Shown here piece after piece: positions 9,800-19,729 of a DNA stretch of 64,000 nucleotides. The DNA is from an uncultured Schlesneria sp. Its GTDB lineage: Bacteria; Planctomycetota; Planctomycetia; Planctomycetales; Planctomycetaceae. The notes beneath the pieces were generated by a model. That model worked only from the letters and a program-made list of their open reading frames with translations, ran no database searches and was not told where the DNA came from. Position 1 is the stretch's first letter. Every line of letters starts with the position of its first letter. The position numbers and the translations under genes were made by a program. The stretch spans positions 2,684 to 66,683 of the forward strand of contig CAIWEX010000067.1 of NCBI GenBank assembly GCA_903911795.1, written 5' to 3'.

Positions 9800-11011
9800 G
9801 TGGAGATTGTTCACGTGCGGGATGCTCTTCAAAGGACCTTCTGTTGGCTCAGTCTGTCGGTAATTGTTTCCGCTGCTGAGGTTGTGACTGTTGTCGATGT
9901 TTCAGGCCGAACGACAGAAGCGGCTCCATTGACCGAATGGACAGCCGACCGAATCGTCGTGGGTGAGTCACAGGCCACATCACTGAACGACCTGCTGACA
10001 TTGAACTTCAATCGGCCATCCGTTCCACTCGCCAGCGGAGACTCGCTGGTCATCCTCGCCAACGGTGACCGACTGGTTGTGCGTCCTGTGGGGGTGTTTG
10101 ATGATGAATTGACGGCAACCTGGCAGCGAATTCCTTCGCGGGCTCCCCTGAAGCTGCCGCTGGAAATCGTCGCCTCGATCATTTTCGAACTTCCGACCGC
10201 TGCTGATGACCGACGACGCTTGTTCGCCGACCTGCAGACACTTCCCTCCGGGCATGACATCGCTCTTCTCGCCAATGGGGATCGAGTTCAGGGTGAGTTC
10301 GAACGGCTGGATGGTGCGTTTGTTCAGTTGAAGAGCCCGACAGGCCTGCTGAAGCTGGATCGAGCTCGAGTTCAGGCGATTCGATTGAATCCCGAGTTGA
10401 CCTCAGCCCCGCGGATTGAGGGACGTCGGCTGTCGTTATCGCTTCGAGATGGCTCGCGACTGACGGTTCGCAACCTGATGCTGACCGATCAGGGAATGAA
10501 GTGTGAAACCTTTTCCAAACAAGAATTTCTGTTGCCGGTTTCTGAATGCGTTTCCTGCAGAGTTTACGGGATCAAGGCGATTCCGCTGGCAGATCGCGAC
10601 GAATCACAATTCACGTTTGTTCCGTACCTCTCACACAAATGGCCCTTGGCAAGAAACGCCAACGTCCTGCGCGGGCCGCTGACACTGCGCGGGGTGGAAT
10701 CAGGGACCGGGTTGGGAATGCACAGTCGCTCAGCCGTCACGTTTGAACTGCAACCGGATGATCGCGAATTTCGCGCCACCGTTGGAATCGATGATTGTGC
10801 TGCAGGAAATGGCAGCGTCCGGTTTGCCGTGGAACTCGACGGGAAACGCGCCTGGGAAAGTCCTGAATTGACAGGAAAGTCTGCACCAGTCGTCGTTCCA
10901 CCTGTAAAGCTAGAGGGACACAAGAAACTGACGCTGGTTGTCGAATTTGGTGCATTGGGCGATGTCTCGGACTACGCCGACTGGTGCGATGCGATCATCA
11001 TCCGGAAATAA
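9800..11011 (+). CDS. NPCBM/NEW2 domain-containing secreted protein
   Basis: C-terminal GLGMHS...FRATVGIDD...GSVRFAVELDG...ADWCDA pattern; 8 bp after the previous stop. Confidence 0.8.
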   Translation: MEIVHVRDALQRTFCWLSLSVIVSAAEVVTVVDVSGRTTEAAPLTEWTADRIVVGESQATSLNDLLTLNFNRPSVPLASGDSLVILANGDRLVVRPVGVFDDELTATWQRIPSRAPLKLPLEIVASIIFELPTAADDRRRLFADLQTLPSGHDIALLANGDRVQGEFERLDGAFVQLKSPTGLLKLDRARVQAIRLNPELTSAPRIEGRRLSLSLRDGSRLTVRNLMLTDQGMKCETFSKQEFLLPVSECVSCRVYGIKAIPLADRDESQFTFVPYLSHKWPLARNANVLRGPLTLRGVESGTGLGMHSRSAVTFELQPDDREFRATVGIDDCAAGNGSVRFAVELDGKRAWESPELTGKSAPVVVPPVKLEGHKKLTLVVEFGALGDVSDYADWCDAIIIRK

Positions 11012-11191
11012 GCATTAGATGAAGATTGCTCGAAGACCGTCTTCCCGAAAAAATCCGTCAGCCGAACACAGGCGGGGATACAAGTCGATCCAAGTCATTC
11101 CAGCCTTCATCTGGAGTGCCTTCTCTGATTAGAATCCCCTCGCCGGAATGACGCTCGGTCCGGCACGAAAATCACATAAGGAAAGCCTTTT

Positions 11192-12886
11192 ATGTCCACG
11201 GAAGAAACCGCACCTGTCGCTCACTCAAATTTCATCCACGAAATCATTGATTCCGACAATGTGAGCGGTAAGTTTGGCGGTCGAGTTCATACGCGTTTTC
11301 CCCCCGAGCCAAATGGGTATCTGCACATCGGGCACGCCAAATCGATCTGCCTGAATTTCGGCACTGCCAGGAAGTATGGTGGAAAGTGCAACCTGCGATT
11401 TGATGACACGAATCCGACCAAGGAAGACGTCGAATATGTCGACTCCATCCAGGAAGATGTCCGCTGGCTCGGATTCAACTGGGATGGCCTGTACTACGCT
11501 TCCGACTACTTCGAGCAGATCTACCAGTTCGCTGAGCAACTGATTCAAAAGGGACTGGCCTACGTCGACAGTTCGACACTCGAAGAAATTCGCAGCCAGC
11601 GTGGAACCCTGACGGAACCTGGCCAGAACAGTCGGTTCCGGGACCGTCCCGTCGCCGAGAGTCTGGATCTGTTCCGCCGGATGCGCGCCGGCGAATTCCA
11701 GGATGGAGCTCACGTTCTGCGTGCGAAGATTGACATGGCTCATCCCAATATGAACATGCGCGATCCGCTGCTGTACCGCATTCGTCACGCGGAGCACCAT
11801 CGAACGGGTAATACCTGGTGCATCTATCCGCTTTATGACTTCACACATGGCTACAGCGACTCGATCGAGGGAATCACGCATTCGATCTGCACTCTGGAAT
11901 TCGAGAATCATCGCCCGCTGTACGACTGGCTGATCGATGTTCTCGACTTGTATCACCCTCAGCAGATTGAATTCGCTCGCCTGAATCTGACGCATACCAT
12001 GATGAGCAAGCGAAAGCTGCTCGAACTGGTCGAGACAGGGACAGTGAGCGGTTGGGATGATCCCCGGATGCCAACGATTGCCGGGATTCGTCGTCGCGGT
12101 TACACCCCCAGCGCTATGCGTGCTTTCTGCGATGAAATTGGAGTCACCAAATTCAACAGTTTGAACGACGTTGTTGTACTGGAAAATGCCGTCAGGTCAG
12201 ACCTGAACAAAACGGCACCGCGAGCCATGGCGGTCCTGAAGCCACTCAAAATCGTTCTGACCAATTACCCCGAGGGTCAGGTCGAGGACCTGGAAGCGAT
12301 CAATAACCCGGAAGATCCTGCTGCGGGAACGCGACAGGTTCCCTTCTCCAAGGTTCTGTACATTGAACAGGACGACTTTATGGAGAATCCTCCGAAGCAG
12401 TTCTTCCGGTTGGCTCCCGGGCGCGAAGTGCGATTGCGTTGGGGCTATCTGATCACCTGTCAGGAAGCCGTCAAAGATCCGGCGACTGGCGAAGTGATCG
12501 AACTTCGCTGTACCTATGATCCAGAAACTCGCGGTGGCAATGCCCCCGACGGACGCAAAGTGAAGTCGACGATCCACTGGGTCTCCGCCGAACACGCCAT
12601 CACAGCAGAAGTACGGTTGTACGACCATCTGTTTGAAATCGCGAATGTTGCAGACATCCCCGATGGAGATGACTGGAAGAGTCATCTCAACCCGAAATCG
12701 CTGGTTGTGGTCCCCAAAGCCAAGTTGGAGCGTTCTCTGGCAACAGCAGTCCCTGGATACAAATGCCAGTTTGAACGCCTCGGATACTTCTGCGTCGACA
12801 AGGATTCGCAACCGCAGGCAATCGTTTTCAACCGGACGGTAACCTTGAAGGACGAGTGGGCAAAGATCCAGAAAAAGGGTGGATGA
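11192..12886 (+). CDS. glnS: Glutamine--tRNA ligase
   Basis: [40 protein letters not shown]. Confidence 0.95.
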   Translation: MSTEETAPVAHSNFIHEIIDSDNVSGKFGGRVHTRFPPEPNGYLHIGHAKSICLNFGTARKYGGKCNLRFDDTNPTKEDVEYVDSIQEDVRWLGFNWDGLYYASDYFEQIYQFAEQLIQKGLAYVDSSTLEEIRSQRGTLTEPGQNSRFRDRPVAESLDLFRRMRAGEFQDGAHVLRAKIDMAHPNMNMRDPLLYRIRHAEHHRTGNTWCIYPLYDFTHGYSDSIEGITHSICTLEFENHRPLYDWLIDVLDLYHPQQIEFARLNLTHTMMSKRKLLELVETGTVSGWDDPRMPTIAGIRRRGYTPSAMRAFCDEIGVTKFNSLNDVVVLENAVRSDLNKTAPRAMAVLKPLKIVLTNYPEGQVEDLEAINNPEDPAAGTRQVPFSKVLYIEQDDFMENPPKQFFRLAPGREVRLRWGYLITCQEAVKDPATGEVIELRCTYDPETRGGNAPDGRKVKSTIHWVSAEHAITAEVRLYDHLFEIANVADIPDGDDWKSHLNPKSLVVVPKAKLERSLATAVPGYKCQFERLGYFCVDKDSQPQAIVFNRTVTLKDEWAKIQKKGG

Positions 12887-12959
12887 GGCACTCGTGGCTG
12901 ATGGGAATTGTGGGAAGAATGGGATTGATGGTGTCTCATAGATTTCAGGGAATCTTCAA

Positions 12960-13841
12960 TTGAAAACGGCCTTTCTCCCCCTGGTTCTGCTCCTCGTGGT
13001 TCAATCTGCAGGCGCAGTCGAACCGGAAGTAATCCCTGTCTGGACAGGTAAACCACCTGGCGAAACCGTGGATCTGGGTCCCGAGGTCGTTCATCCCAAC
13101 AAGCCGGGGGAAAATCCTCCGGTCACTCGTTTGACGAATGTCAGCCAGCCGACGTTGACCGCGTATCTTCCTCCACAGGAGACACGAAACGGGACATCGG
13201 TGGTGATTTGTCCAGGGGGTGGTTTTCGGATTCTCGCCTGGAACAAAGAGGGTCTGGAAGTCGCTGAGTGGTTCAACTCCATCGGTGTGACAGCGTTTGT
13301 TCTCAAGTATCGAACCCCCACCAGTGACAACAAGTCGCCGTGGCTGGCTCCGGCACAGGATGCTCAGAGGGCTATCCGTTTGGTTCGAAGTCGAGCGACA
13401 GAATGGGGGCTGGCACCGAACCGGATCGGCCTGCTCGGCTTTTCTGCAGGAGGATCGGCGGCGGCCAATGCGGCGATCAAGAGTGAATCAAAACTCTATG
13501 ACGAGACCGACAAACTGGATCAGGTTTCGTGCCGGCCCGACTTTGTGATGCTCGTCTACCCGGCATATCTCGTCGATGCCAAAGGGGAATTGAAGCCGGA
13601 TCTGACGGTGACCAAAGAGACACCGCCCATGTTCCTGGCACATGCCTTTAACGATGGCATCACATGCGAAAACAGCCTGCAACTGTTCCTGGCCTTGAAG
13701 AAAGCAGGGGTTCCATCAGACCTGCATATCTATTCGACCGGCGGACACGGATTCGGATTGCGAGCGAGTGAACATGTCGTTTCGACATGGCCAAAGCGTT
13801 GCGAAGACTGGCTGCGATCCCGCGAGTTACTGAAGAAGTAA
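12960..13841 (+). CDS. Secreted alpha/beta hydrolase (esterase-like)
   Basis: Signal peptide, CPGGG, GFSAGG nucleophile elbow, GGHGFG. Confidence 0.85.
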   Translation: MKTAFLPLVLLLVVQSAGAVEPEVIPVWTGKPPGETVDLGPEVVHPNKPGENPPVTRLTNVSQPTLTAYLPPQETRNGTSVVICPGGGFRILAWNKEGLEVAEWFNSIGVTAFVLKYRTPTSDNKSPWLAPAQDAQRAIRLVRSRATEWGLAPNRIGLLGFSAGGSAAANAAIKSESKLYDETDKLDQVSCRPDFVMLVYPAYLVDAKGELKPDLTVTKETPPMFLAHAFNDGITCENSLQLFLALKKAGVPSDLHIYSTGGHGFGLRASEHVVSTWPKRCEDWLRSRELLKK

Positions 13842-13868
13842 TCCCGGTCGCAGACGGGTGGGTTCCGA

Positions 13869-13979
13869 GATAGTCGTGGTTCGCTCCGCGAACCAACGCT
13901 TTTTGGCCGACAAGACCATGTTGAATAGAGTTTCCATAAGAGAATGCGGCATAGGTTCGCAGAGCGAACCACGACTATC
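13869..13979. repeat. REPIN-like doublet, family A
   Basis: GATAGTCGTGGTTCGCTCCGCGAACC at the left, near-perfect reverse complement at 13954-13979; the same arms recur at 15332-15403 and 31836-31952. Confidence 0.85.
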
Positions 13980-14169
13980 GTGACGCGGAAAAGCCCACCT
14001 TAAGATTCAATGAATGACGATTCTTGAATTCAGCTATTCCCAAGGTGCCGGACGCGAGAATTCAGTTCCCATCTGAACATTTGCTTCGCATACTACTGTC
14101 GCCGTGATCACCCGAATGAGTCTGCGTGGCGGGCTGCGAGGGATCACGCGTTGGCAGAAGGAGTGAAGC

Positions 14170-15270
14170 ATGCAACTTAGACGTATCGTATCCTGTGCAT
14201 TGGCTGGCTGGTTGGCATCCATTGCTGTCACTGAGGCTGCCGAGTGGGGCCTGAAGAAGGGGAATCCCGCCATCAAGTCGGCCAATGCCCTGGCATTTGG
14301 TCCCGATGGAATCCTTTTCGTTGGCGACTCTAAAGGTGCTGCGATTTTCGCGATCGATACTGGCGACAACGAAATCGCCAAGACCGAACCGTCGGTTGCC
14401 GGATTGAACGGACAGATTGCCACCTTGTTGGGAACGACCCCAGACAAGATTACTGTCAACGACCTGGCAGTTAACCCCCGGTCGGGCAAAGTTTACGTTG
14501 CCGTGACCAAGGGTGCTGGAACCGAAGCGACTCCTGCGATCATTCGAATCGCCCAGAAGCTCACGGTTGTTTCACTCACCGACATTCCCTTCCAGCAGGC
14601 GGCCCTCGCGGATGCTCCTGAAGACAAGGAAGTGAATCGAAACGGACGATCGTCCAATCCTCGTAACGACGCGATCACCGACCTGGCCTATGCCGAAGGA
14701 AAAGTTTTCGTCTCTGGGCTGGCTGCAGGAGCATCCCCTTCGAGCGTTCATCAAATTCCGTTTCCGTTCGCCGACGGAGTCAACGGGACCAGCGTTGAAA
14801 TCTATCACGCTGCACACGGTCGTAGCGAAGACACGTCCGCGATTCGAACGTTCGTCCCCCTGAATATCAATGGCGAACCCAGCCTGTTGGCGGGATTCGT
14901 CTGCACTCCGCTGGTTCGATTCCCGATCGACAGCCTGAAGCCCGGTACCAAGGCGCGTGGGACCACTGTCGCAGAACTCGGGAACCGGAATCGACCGCTG
15001 GACATGATCAGCTATCAGAAGGATGGGAAAACCTTTCTGCTGATGTCCAATTCCGCTCGCGGCGTGATGAAGATCAGCACGGATAACATCACTCGCAACG
15101 ATGGATTGACAACCCCCGTCAAAGACGGAAACACGGCGGGCCAGGCGTTTGAAACGATCAAGGAACTGGATGGCGTCGTGCAGTTGGATCGTTTGAACGA
15201 TACTCATGCCGTCGTACTGGTTCAGTCGGGTCCCGGAGTTTTGGACCTGCGCACTGTGACATTGCCATAA
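14170..15270 (+). CDS. Secreted protein of unknown function (possible beta-propeller)
   Basis: Signal peptide ending AEA; repeated blade-like segments (ALAFGPDGILFVGDS, DLAVNPRSGKVYV, DLAYAEGKVFV). Confidence 0.75.
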   Translation: MQLRRIVSCALAGWLASIAVTEAAEWGLKKGNPAIKSANALAFGPDGILFVGDSKGAAIFAIDTGDNEIAKTEPSVAGLNGQIATLLGTTPDKITVNDLAVNPRSGKVYVAVTKGAGTEATPAIIRIAQKLTVVSLTDIPFQQAALADAPEDKEVNRNGRSSNPRNDAITDLAYAEGKVFVSGLAAGASPSSVHQIPFPFADGVNGTSVEIYHAAHGRSEDTSAIRTFVPLNINGEPSLLAGFVCTPLVRFPIDSLKPGTKARGTTVAELGNRNRPLDMISYQKDGKTFLLMSNSARGVMKISTDNITRNDGLTTPVKDGNTAGQAFETIKELDGVVQLDRLNDTHAVVLVQSGPGVLDLRTVTLP

Positions 15271-15331
15271 CAACGTTTGATGTTGAAAGGCTGGTCTCTA
15301 CCGGCCTTTCAACTCTGATGAGTGCGGACTT

Positions 15332-15403
15332 GTGGTTTGCTCCCGCGAGCCAACGTCGCAATTTCCAGGAAGCGTTGGTTCGCGGGAGCGAACCGCGACT
15401 ATC
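15332..15403. repeat. REPIN-like doublet, family A (short, left arm degenerate)
   Basis: Right arm GAAGCGTTGGTTCGCGGGAGCGAACCGCGACTATC matches the copy at 31919-31952; lies between convergent genes. Confidence 0.75.
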
Positions 15404-15404
15404 T

Positions 15405-16910
15405 TTACGCCAGCATTTCGTGAATCACGCGGCTCGATTCTGGCACGACAGGGACCGGGCGACCGGTCTTGTCTGGCAGGAACTGATGCGGTTCGATTCC
15501 CAGCAGATGATACATCGTCGCCAAGACATCCTTGGGGCCGACCGGATTCGATACGACTTCCCCCGCATGCTTATCTGTCGCACCGACAACGCGACCGCGA
15601 GCGATCCCGCCACCCGCAAACAATGCGGAATAGGCCTGCGACCAATGGTCGCGGCCTCCACCTGACGCCGAATTGATCTTGGGCGTGCGACCATGCTCGC
15701 TGATACAGACAACCAGCGTGTCGTCCAACAACCCTCGCTGTTCCAAGTCCAGCACCAGCCCTGAAAAGCCCTTATCGAGCCCCGGCAGCAACTGGTCGGT
15801 CATCCGCGGGAAATGATTCCAGTGAGTATCCCACGCGTCACCGGCCAGGCCATATTCGTCCCAGAAGACGCTCACCAGGCGCGTTCCTGCTTCGATCATC
15901 CGGCGTGCCGCCAAGCAGGACTGGCCAAACAGCGTCATGCCATACAGATCTCGAGTCGCCGCCGATTCCTTGCGAACGTCGAGTGCCTCGGAAACCGCCT
16001 GTGACTGCAATAGCGAATACGCCATCTGCTGGAAGCTGTTCAGCGATCGACCGCGATCAGTCGTCTCAAGATCGCGTCTAACATCATTCATCTGAGTCAA
16101 CAGTGATCGGCGACGATCGAGCCGGTCGAGCGTCAAGGTTTCCGGCAACGATGTCGAAGCAAGACGGAACGAGGCATCCGTCTTACATCCCACGTAGGGA
16201 TCAAAGATTTCGACGTTCATGTCCCGCAATGTCTTATAGACCGATCGATCCGCCGCACCGAGAAACTCGGTCCAAATCGGATTGAACGTCGTGCCAAGAT
16301 AACTCGCGTATGGACCGGCCCGGTGGACCTCGCCCGTTCTCTGAGTGCTGAACGGGAATGGTAGTGCAACATTTTGTGGAAAGGGAGCCAGACCGCCACG
16401 ACGTCCCCGATCAACGTACTCAACCACACTTCCAAAATAGGGATGATGACGAGGGTCCGTGGGACTCAGCTCCATGTTGACGTCGATTGCCGGCGTTCCG
16501 GTCATCGCGTACGCGACTCCATGAATCGGGTACTCATGGTGAATCGATCGCAGGACAGTGACGCGGTCCATCATGCGAGCCATTCGCGGCATGTGTTCGC
16601 AGACATCCAGACCAGGCAGCGACGAGGCAATCGGAAGCATCGTACCGCGGATTTCGACCGGTGCCTCGGGCTTCATGTCCACGGTTTCCATCTGGCTGGG
16701 TGAGCCATACAGAAACAGGATGATGCAACGTTTCGCTGATCCAAATCCATCGGGCAGCGCACGCACCACCTTAGTTTCCGCCGCCGCTGCATCCGCTTGA
16801 AGGAGTTGAGGAAGAGTGATGCCCAGCAGACTCGTCCCACCCGCCTCAAGCAATTCACGCCTGGTCAATCCGGTGCAAAGGCGTCGAGGTGTATTCAGAA
16901 TCCGCAGCAT
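15405..16910 (-). CDS. DUF1501 family protein
   Basis: Tat-like TRRELL leader, SQMETVDMKP, WDTHWNHF, EHGRTPKIN, GRDHW, GGGIARG. Confidence 0.9.
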   Translation of the reverse strand: MLRILNTPRRLCTGLTRRELLEAGGTSLLGITLPQLLQADAAAAETKVVRALPDGFGSAKRCIILFLYGSPSQMETVDMKPEAPVEIRGTMLPIASSLPGLDVCEHMPRMARMMDRVTVLRSIHHEYPIHGVAYAMTGTPAIDVNMELSPTDPRHHPYFGSVVEYVDRGRRGGLAPFPQNVALPFPFSTQRTGEVHRAGPYASYLGTTFNPIWTEFLGAADRSVYKTLRDMNVEIFDPYVGCKTDASFRLASTSLPETLTLDRLDRRRSLLTQMNDVRRDLETTDRGRSLNSFQQMAYSLLQSQAVSEALDVRKESAATRDLYGMTLFGQSCLAARRMIEAGTRLVSVFWDEYGLAGDAWDTHWNHFPRMTDQLLPGLDKGFSGLVLDLEQRGLLDDTLVVCISEHGRTPKINSASGGGRDHWSQAYSALFAGGGIARGRVVGATDKHAGEVVSNPVGPKDVLATMYHLLGIEPHQFLPDKTGRPVPVVPESSRVIHEMLA

Positions 16911-16934
16911 GCAAGTCCCCTCAAATGATGAGGT

Positions 16935-17321
16935 TTATTCTATAGATGGTTGCACGTAAGCCCAAGCCTGAATGCTACCTTTATTCGTTTCGACGCTGAC
17001 CAGACGACGTTCGTACTCGTGGCCGACAAGCTGGCCCGGTGGGATCTCTTCCAGTTCATCGCAACCGGCGAGAGTCGTGTCGTAGATTTCCTGTGTCAGT
17101 TCAAAAAGTTCACCGTCAACAAATCCGTCAGGGGCTGGGGCGATCATTAATTCGTGCAGACGCTGATAACCACGCAGGATGGCGGGAACAACACTCGCGT
17201 ACTTTCCCTCCAAATAATGATGGTTCCGGTGGCCTCGCCGCAATGTGCCGAACACAAACAAGGGCAAACTGCTGGCAGTGGGATGGCCCTGCGGAACCAT
17301 CGACAGATCCGACATCGACAC
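16935..17321 (-). CDS. Gamma-glutamylcyclotransferase (AIG2/YtfP-like) family protein
   Basis: LFVFGTLRRG, V.GELF, E...YER, AWAY. Confidence 0.8.
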   Translation of the reverse strand: MSMSDLSMVPQGHPTASSLPLFVFGTLRRGHRNHHYLEGKYASVVPAILRGYQRLHELMIAPAPDGFVDGELFELTQEIYDTTLAGCDELEEIPPGQLVGHEYERRLVSVETNKGSIQAWAYVQPSIE

Positions 17322-17343
17322 CTGCGACCTTAGTGGATAGGGA

Positions 17344-19080
17344 TTACTTGGTATCCAGCGCGACTTGCTCCATCAGTTTGTGCTGCTTGAAATCGTATTT
17401 CTGGCCCGCTTTGATCACGTCGTATTCGACCGGTTCTTTGTTGGACATCGGGCGATCATAGATGGCAACCTGATTCTGACCAACAACTTCCATCGTGGTT
17501 CCTCGCACGATCAGTGCAGTCGCATCATCAATTCCGATCCCGACCAGTTGCGGGTGGACTCGCTTCATTCCGGTCATGTCCTCAAACCGCTCGTGCGGCA
17601 GGGCGCGTTCGTTCGAATCAGCATCCCGGAAATCGATAGCACACCCAGATAGAAAACCGAACCCGCGTTCGTAACCTTCGGTTGCGGTTTCCGGCTTGTT
17701 TTCCTGGGATAGCACCCTGGCGAAATACTCACCTTGAATCGTCGCTCCAGCAGACGTCCCGCCAATCACTCCGCCGCGGCGCAGCACGCCATGAAACAGC
17801 TTCTGGATCGATGTTTCGAGATACGCTTCCATCCGGGATTCGCGCCCTCCCGTGAACCAGACACCACGTGCCTCGTTCAACCAGGCGGCGATATCTGGAT
17901 TGGCGAGTTCGGTTTTATCACGAGCGTGAAGTTGGCGAACGTTTGATGCGCCGGCAGCTTTCAGCCAGTTGCAGACCCCTTTTTCTTCGTTCAGATCGTC
18001 GCGCAATGAGTCGGAGACGACGATGATCGGTGAATCCTTGCCACCAGCGGCCGTCAGGAATTTCTCGAACGCTTCGCGAGGGGTCTGTCCCCCGCCAACA
18101 ATGACCAAAGTTCCCGCTTTGACTTCGGGAATCGGATTTCGTCGGGCCAGCATTTCACGCTTTGCCCAGTCAATCGCTCGCTGGCTGAACTTGCTGAGAT
18201 CGTTGGTCTGGCCATGGACCAGCCGCATTGGCATCGCGTCAACTTCGGCAGGCTTCGACAGGCACATTGTGACCGCCGCATCCCCCATCACTTCCATTTT
18301 CGTGCCGCGAATGATCAGCGCTGTCGATTCATCAATCCCGATCCCAACGTGCCCAGGTCGCAACTGGACAGCCAGCTTCAGCCGTTCCTCACGCCCCCGG
18401 TTCGTAAAATGCTGATCGATGATCGTTCCCGGCAGAAATCCCAGCCCGGTCGCCATTTGCGGCTCTTTGTGGCCCCCAGCAATCATCGCGTGCGACATGA
18501 TCGCGGCACCAGCGGAGGTTCCGCCGACGACCCCGCCACGCTTCAAGACCTCGTGAAACATCTTCGCAGCGTGAGTATTAAGATACGCGTCCGTCAGGAA
18601 TGACTGATTGCCACCTGTAAACCAGATGGCAGTGGCAGATTTGAATTTTTCGCAGAACTCTGCGCTATCAGCCTCGGCTCGTGTCGGTGCGTGGAAAAAA
18701 TCGATCGAAGTATGCGCATAGTTCTTCCAATGTGCATACTTATCGTGCAGTTCAGGAGTCCCCGCGAAGGTACTAGCGGTTGTGACAACCATCACTCGCG
18801 CGTCTTTGCCCCCTGCCAGATCGAAGAATCGTTGGATAATGGTTTGCGGCATCACACCGCCACCACAGATAAATAGTGTTCCGGGAACGGCAGCAACCGG
18901 GTGAATGTCGCAGACAGGTGCTGCCGGGACGGGGCGAATCTCTTCCGCCCACAATTGAGGTCCCCAGAGTTGAGGAATCACGGCCCCGATCAGGGAAAGT
19001 CCGAGGAATCCTCCAACCACGGCCGAATGGGTTCGCCGTGTGAGTACTGGCCGGTTGCTGTCTGTCGACGATTCAACCAT
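17344..19080 (-). CDS. Tandem two-domain cyanophycinase-like peptidase (S51), probably exported
   Basis: Two GGTSAGA motifs, FTGG, IDQHF (domain 1 only), GIGID twice; RR plus hydrophobic leader. ORF is open to 19155. Confidence 0.8.
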   Translation of the reverse strand: MVESSTDSNRPVLTRRTHSAVVGGFLGLSLIGAVIPQLWGPQLWAEEIRPVPAAPVCDIHPVAAVPGTLFICGGGVMPQTIIQRFFDLAGGKDARVMVVTTASTFAGTPELHDKYAHWKNYAHTSIDFFHAPTRAEADSAEFCEKFKSATAIWFTGGNQSFLTDAYLNTHAAKMFHEVLKRGGVVGGTSAGAAIMSHAMIAGGHKEPQMATGLGFLPGTIIDQHFTNRGREERLKLAVQLRPGHVGIGIDESTALIIRGTKMEVMGDAAVTMCLSKPAEVDAMPMRLVHGQTNDLSKFSQRAIDWAKREMLARRNPIPEVKAGTLVIVGGGQTPREAFEKFLTAAGGKDSPIIVVSDSLRDDLNEEKGVCNWLKAAGASNVRQLHARDKTELANPDIAAWLNEARGVWFTGGRESRMEAYLETSIQKLFHGVLRRGGVIGGTSAGATIQGEYFARVLSQENKPETATEGYERGFGFLSGCAIDFRDADSNERALPHERFEDMTGMKRVHPQLVGIGIDDATALIVRGTTMEVVGQNQVAIYDRPMSNKEPVEYDVIKAGQKYDFKQHKLMEQVALDTK

Positions 19081-19579
19081 CGCGGTTTGCCTCCATAATT
19101 CTATTGAGGAGAGCCGCCCACCATCCTTGGGAGAGTGGTACGTCCATGTACGCATAAAAATATGTCGGTTTCACCTCCGTAGCAAGTCGAGTTCCAAAAT
19201 CGCAAGGCTGGAAGATTCTGCAAATCGCTTCCGGAAGTCCGGCGAGATGCTGCCAATCATGCAAAATGGCTGCGCCGGTTCCCTGAATGGCGCTGAATAT
19301 CCCGTAAAACAGGCCATTCCAGGCCACTGGAATCGGATTGCCAAACGATTGCTCACTGTTGAATTCGAGTTTCAGGAAAAACGCTCTCTGCATGACTGAC
19401 ATTGAATCTTATGCAGTCGCTCGGCAACAAACTGGCGAGAAACAAGAAGCTCTCATCATTTTAAGCCCGGTTGATGGGATGGAATGCCCGGAGATTCGGC
19501 ATAGACGTGCTAAATCGCCCCGTCGGACGTAATCCGCCACCGCTTTAACCTATTTCTCGCAAAACTCGCATTCTACAAC

Positions 19580-19608
19580 TAGACGTAGGGTGGCCTCAGA
19601 TTTACCAT
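19580..19608 (+). promoter_or_regulatory. Possible sigma70-type promoter for the YTV gene
   Basis: TAGACG-N17-TACCAT (4/6 and 4/6 consensus matches), about 120 bp upstream of the start. Confidence 0.3.
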
Positions 19609-19729
19609 AACCCCCTAACCTCCCAGGTCGGATAACCGGAATAACCGGTTCGATCTGGGTGGACCCACAAAGGATTTCTTTCGGGCTGGCCGAAAGTGAT
19701 TGGGTGTATGATGTTACGATGGGGGTGGA

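Noticed and set aside
11225-11995. 256-aa ORF opposite glnS, and similar ORFs opposite ftsY, secY, rplB and the prenyltransferase-fold gene
   Set aside because: Antisense shadows with no independent coding evidence.
19073-19402. ORFs of 109-119 aa on both strands upstream of the cyanophycinase-like gene
   Set aside because: No motifs, mutually overlapping, and in a probable divergent promoter region.
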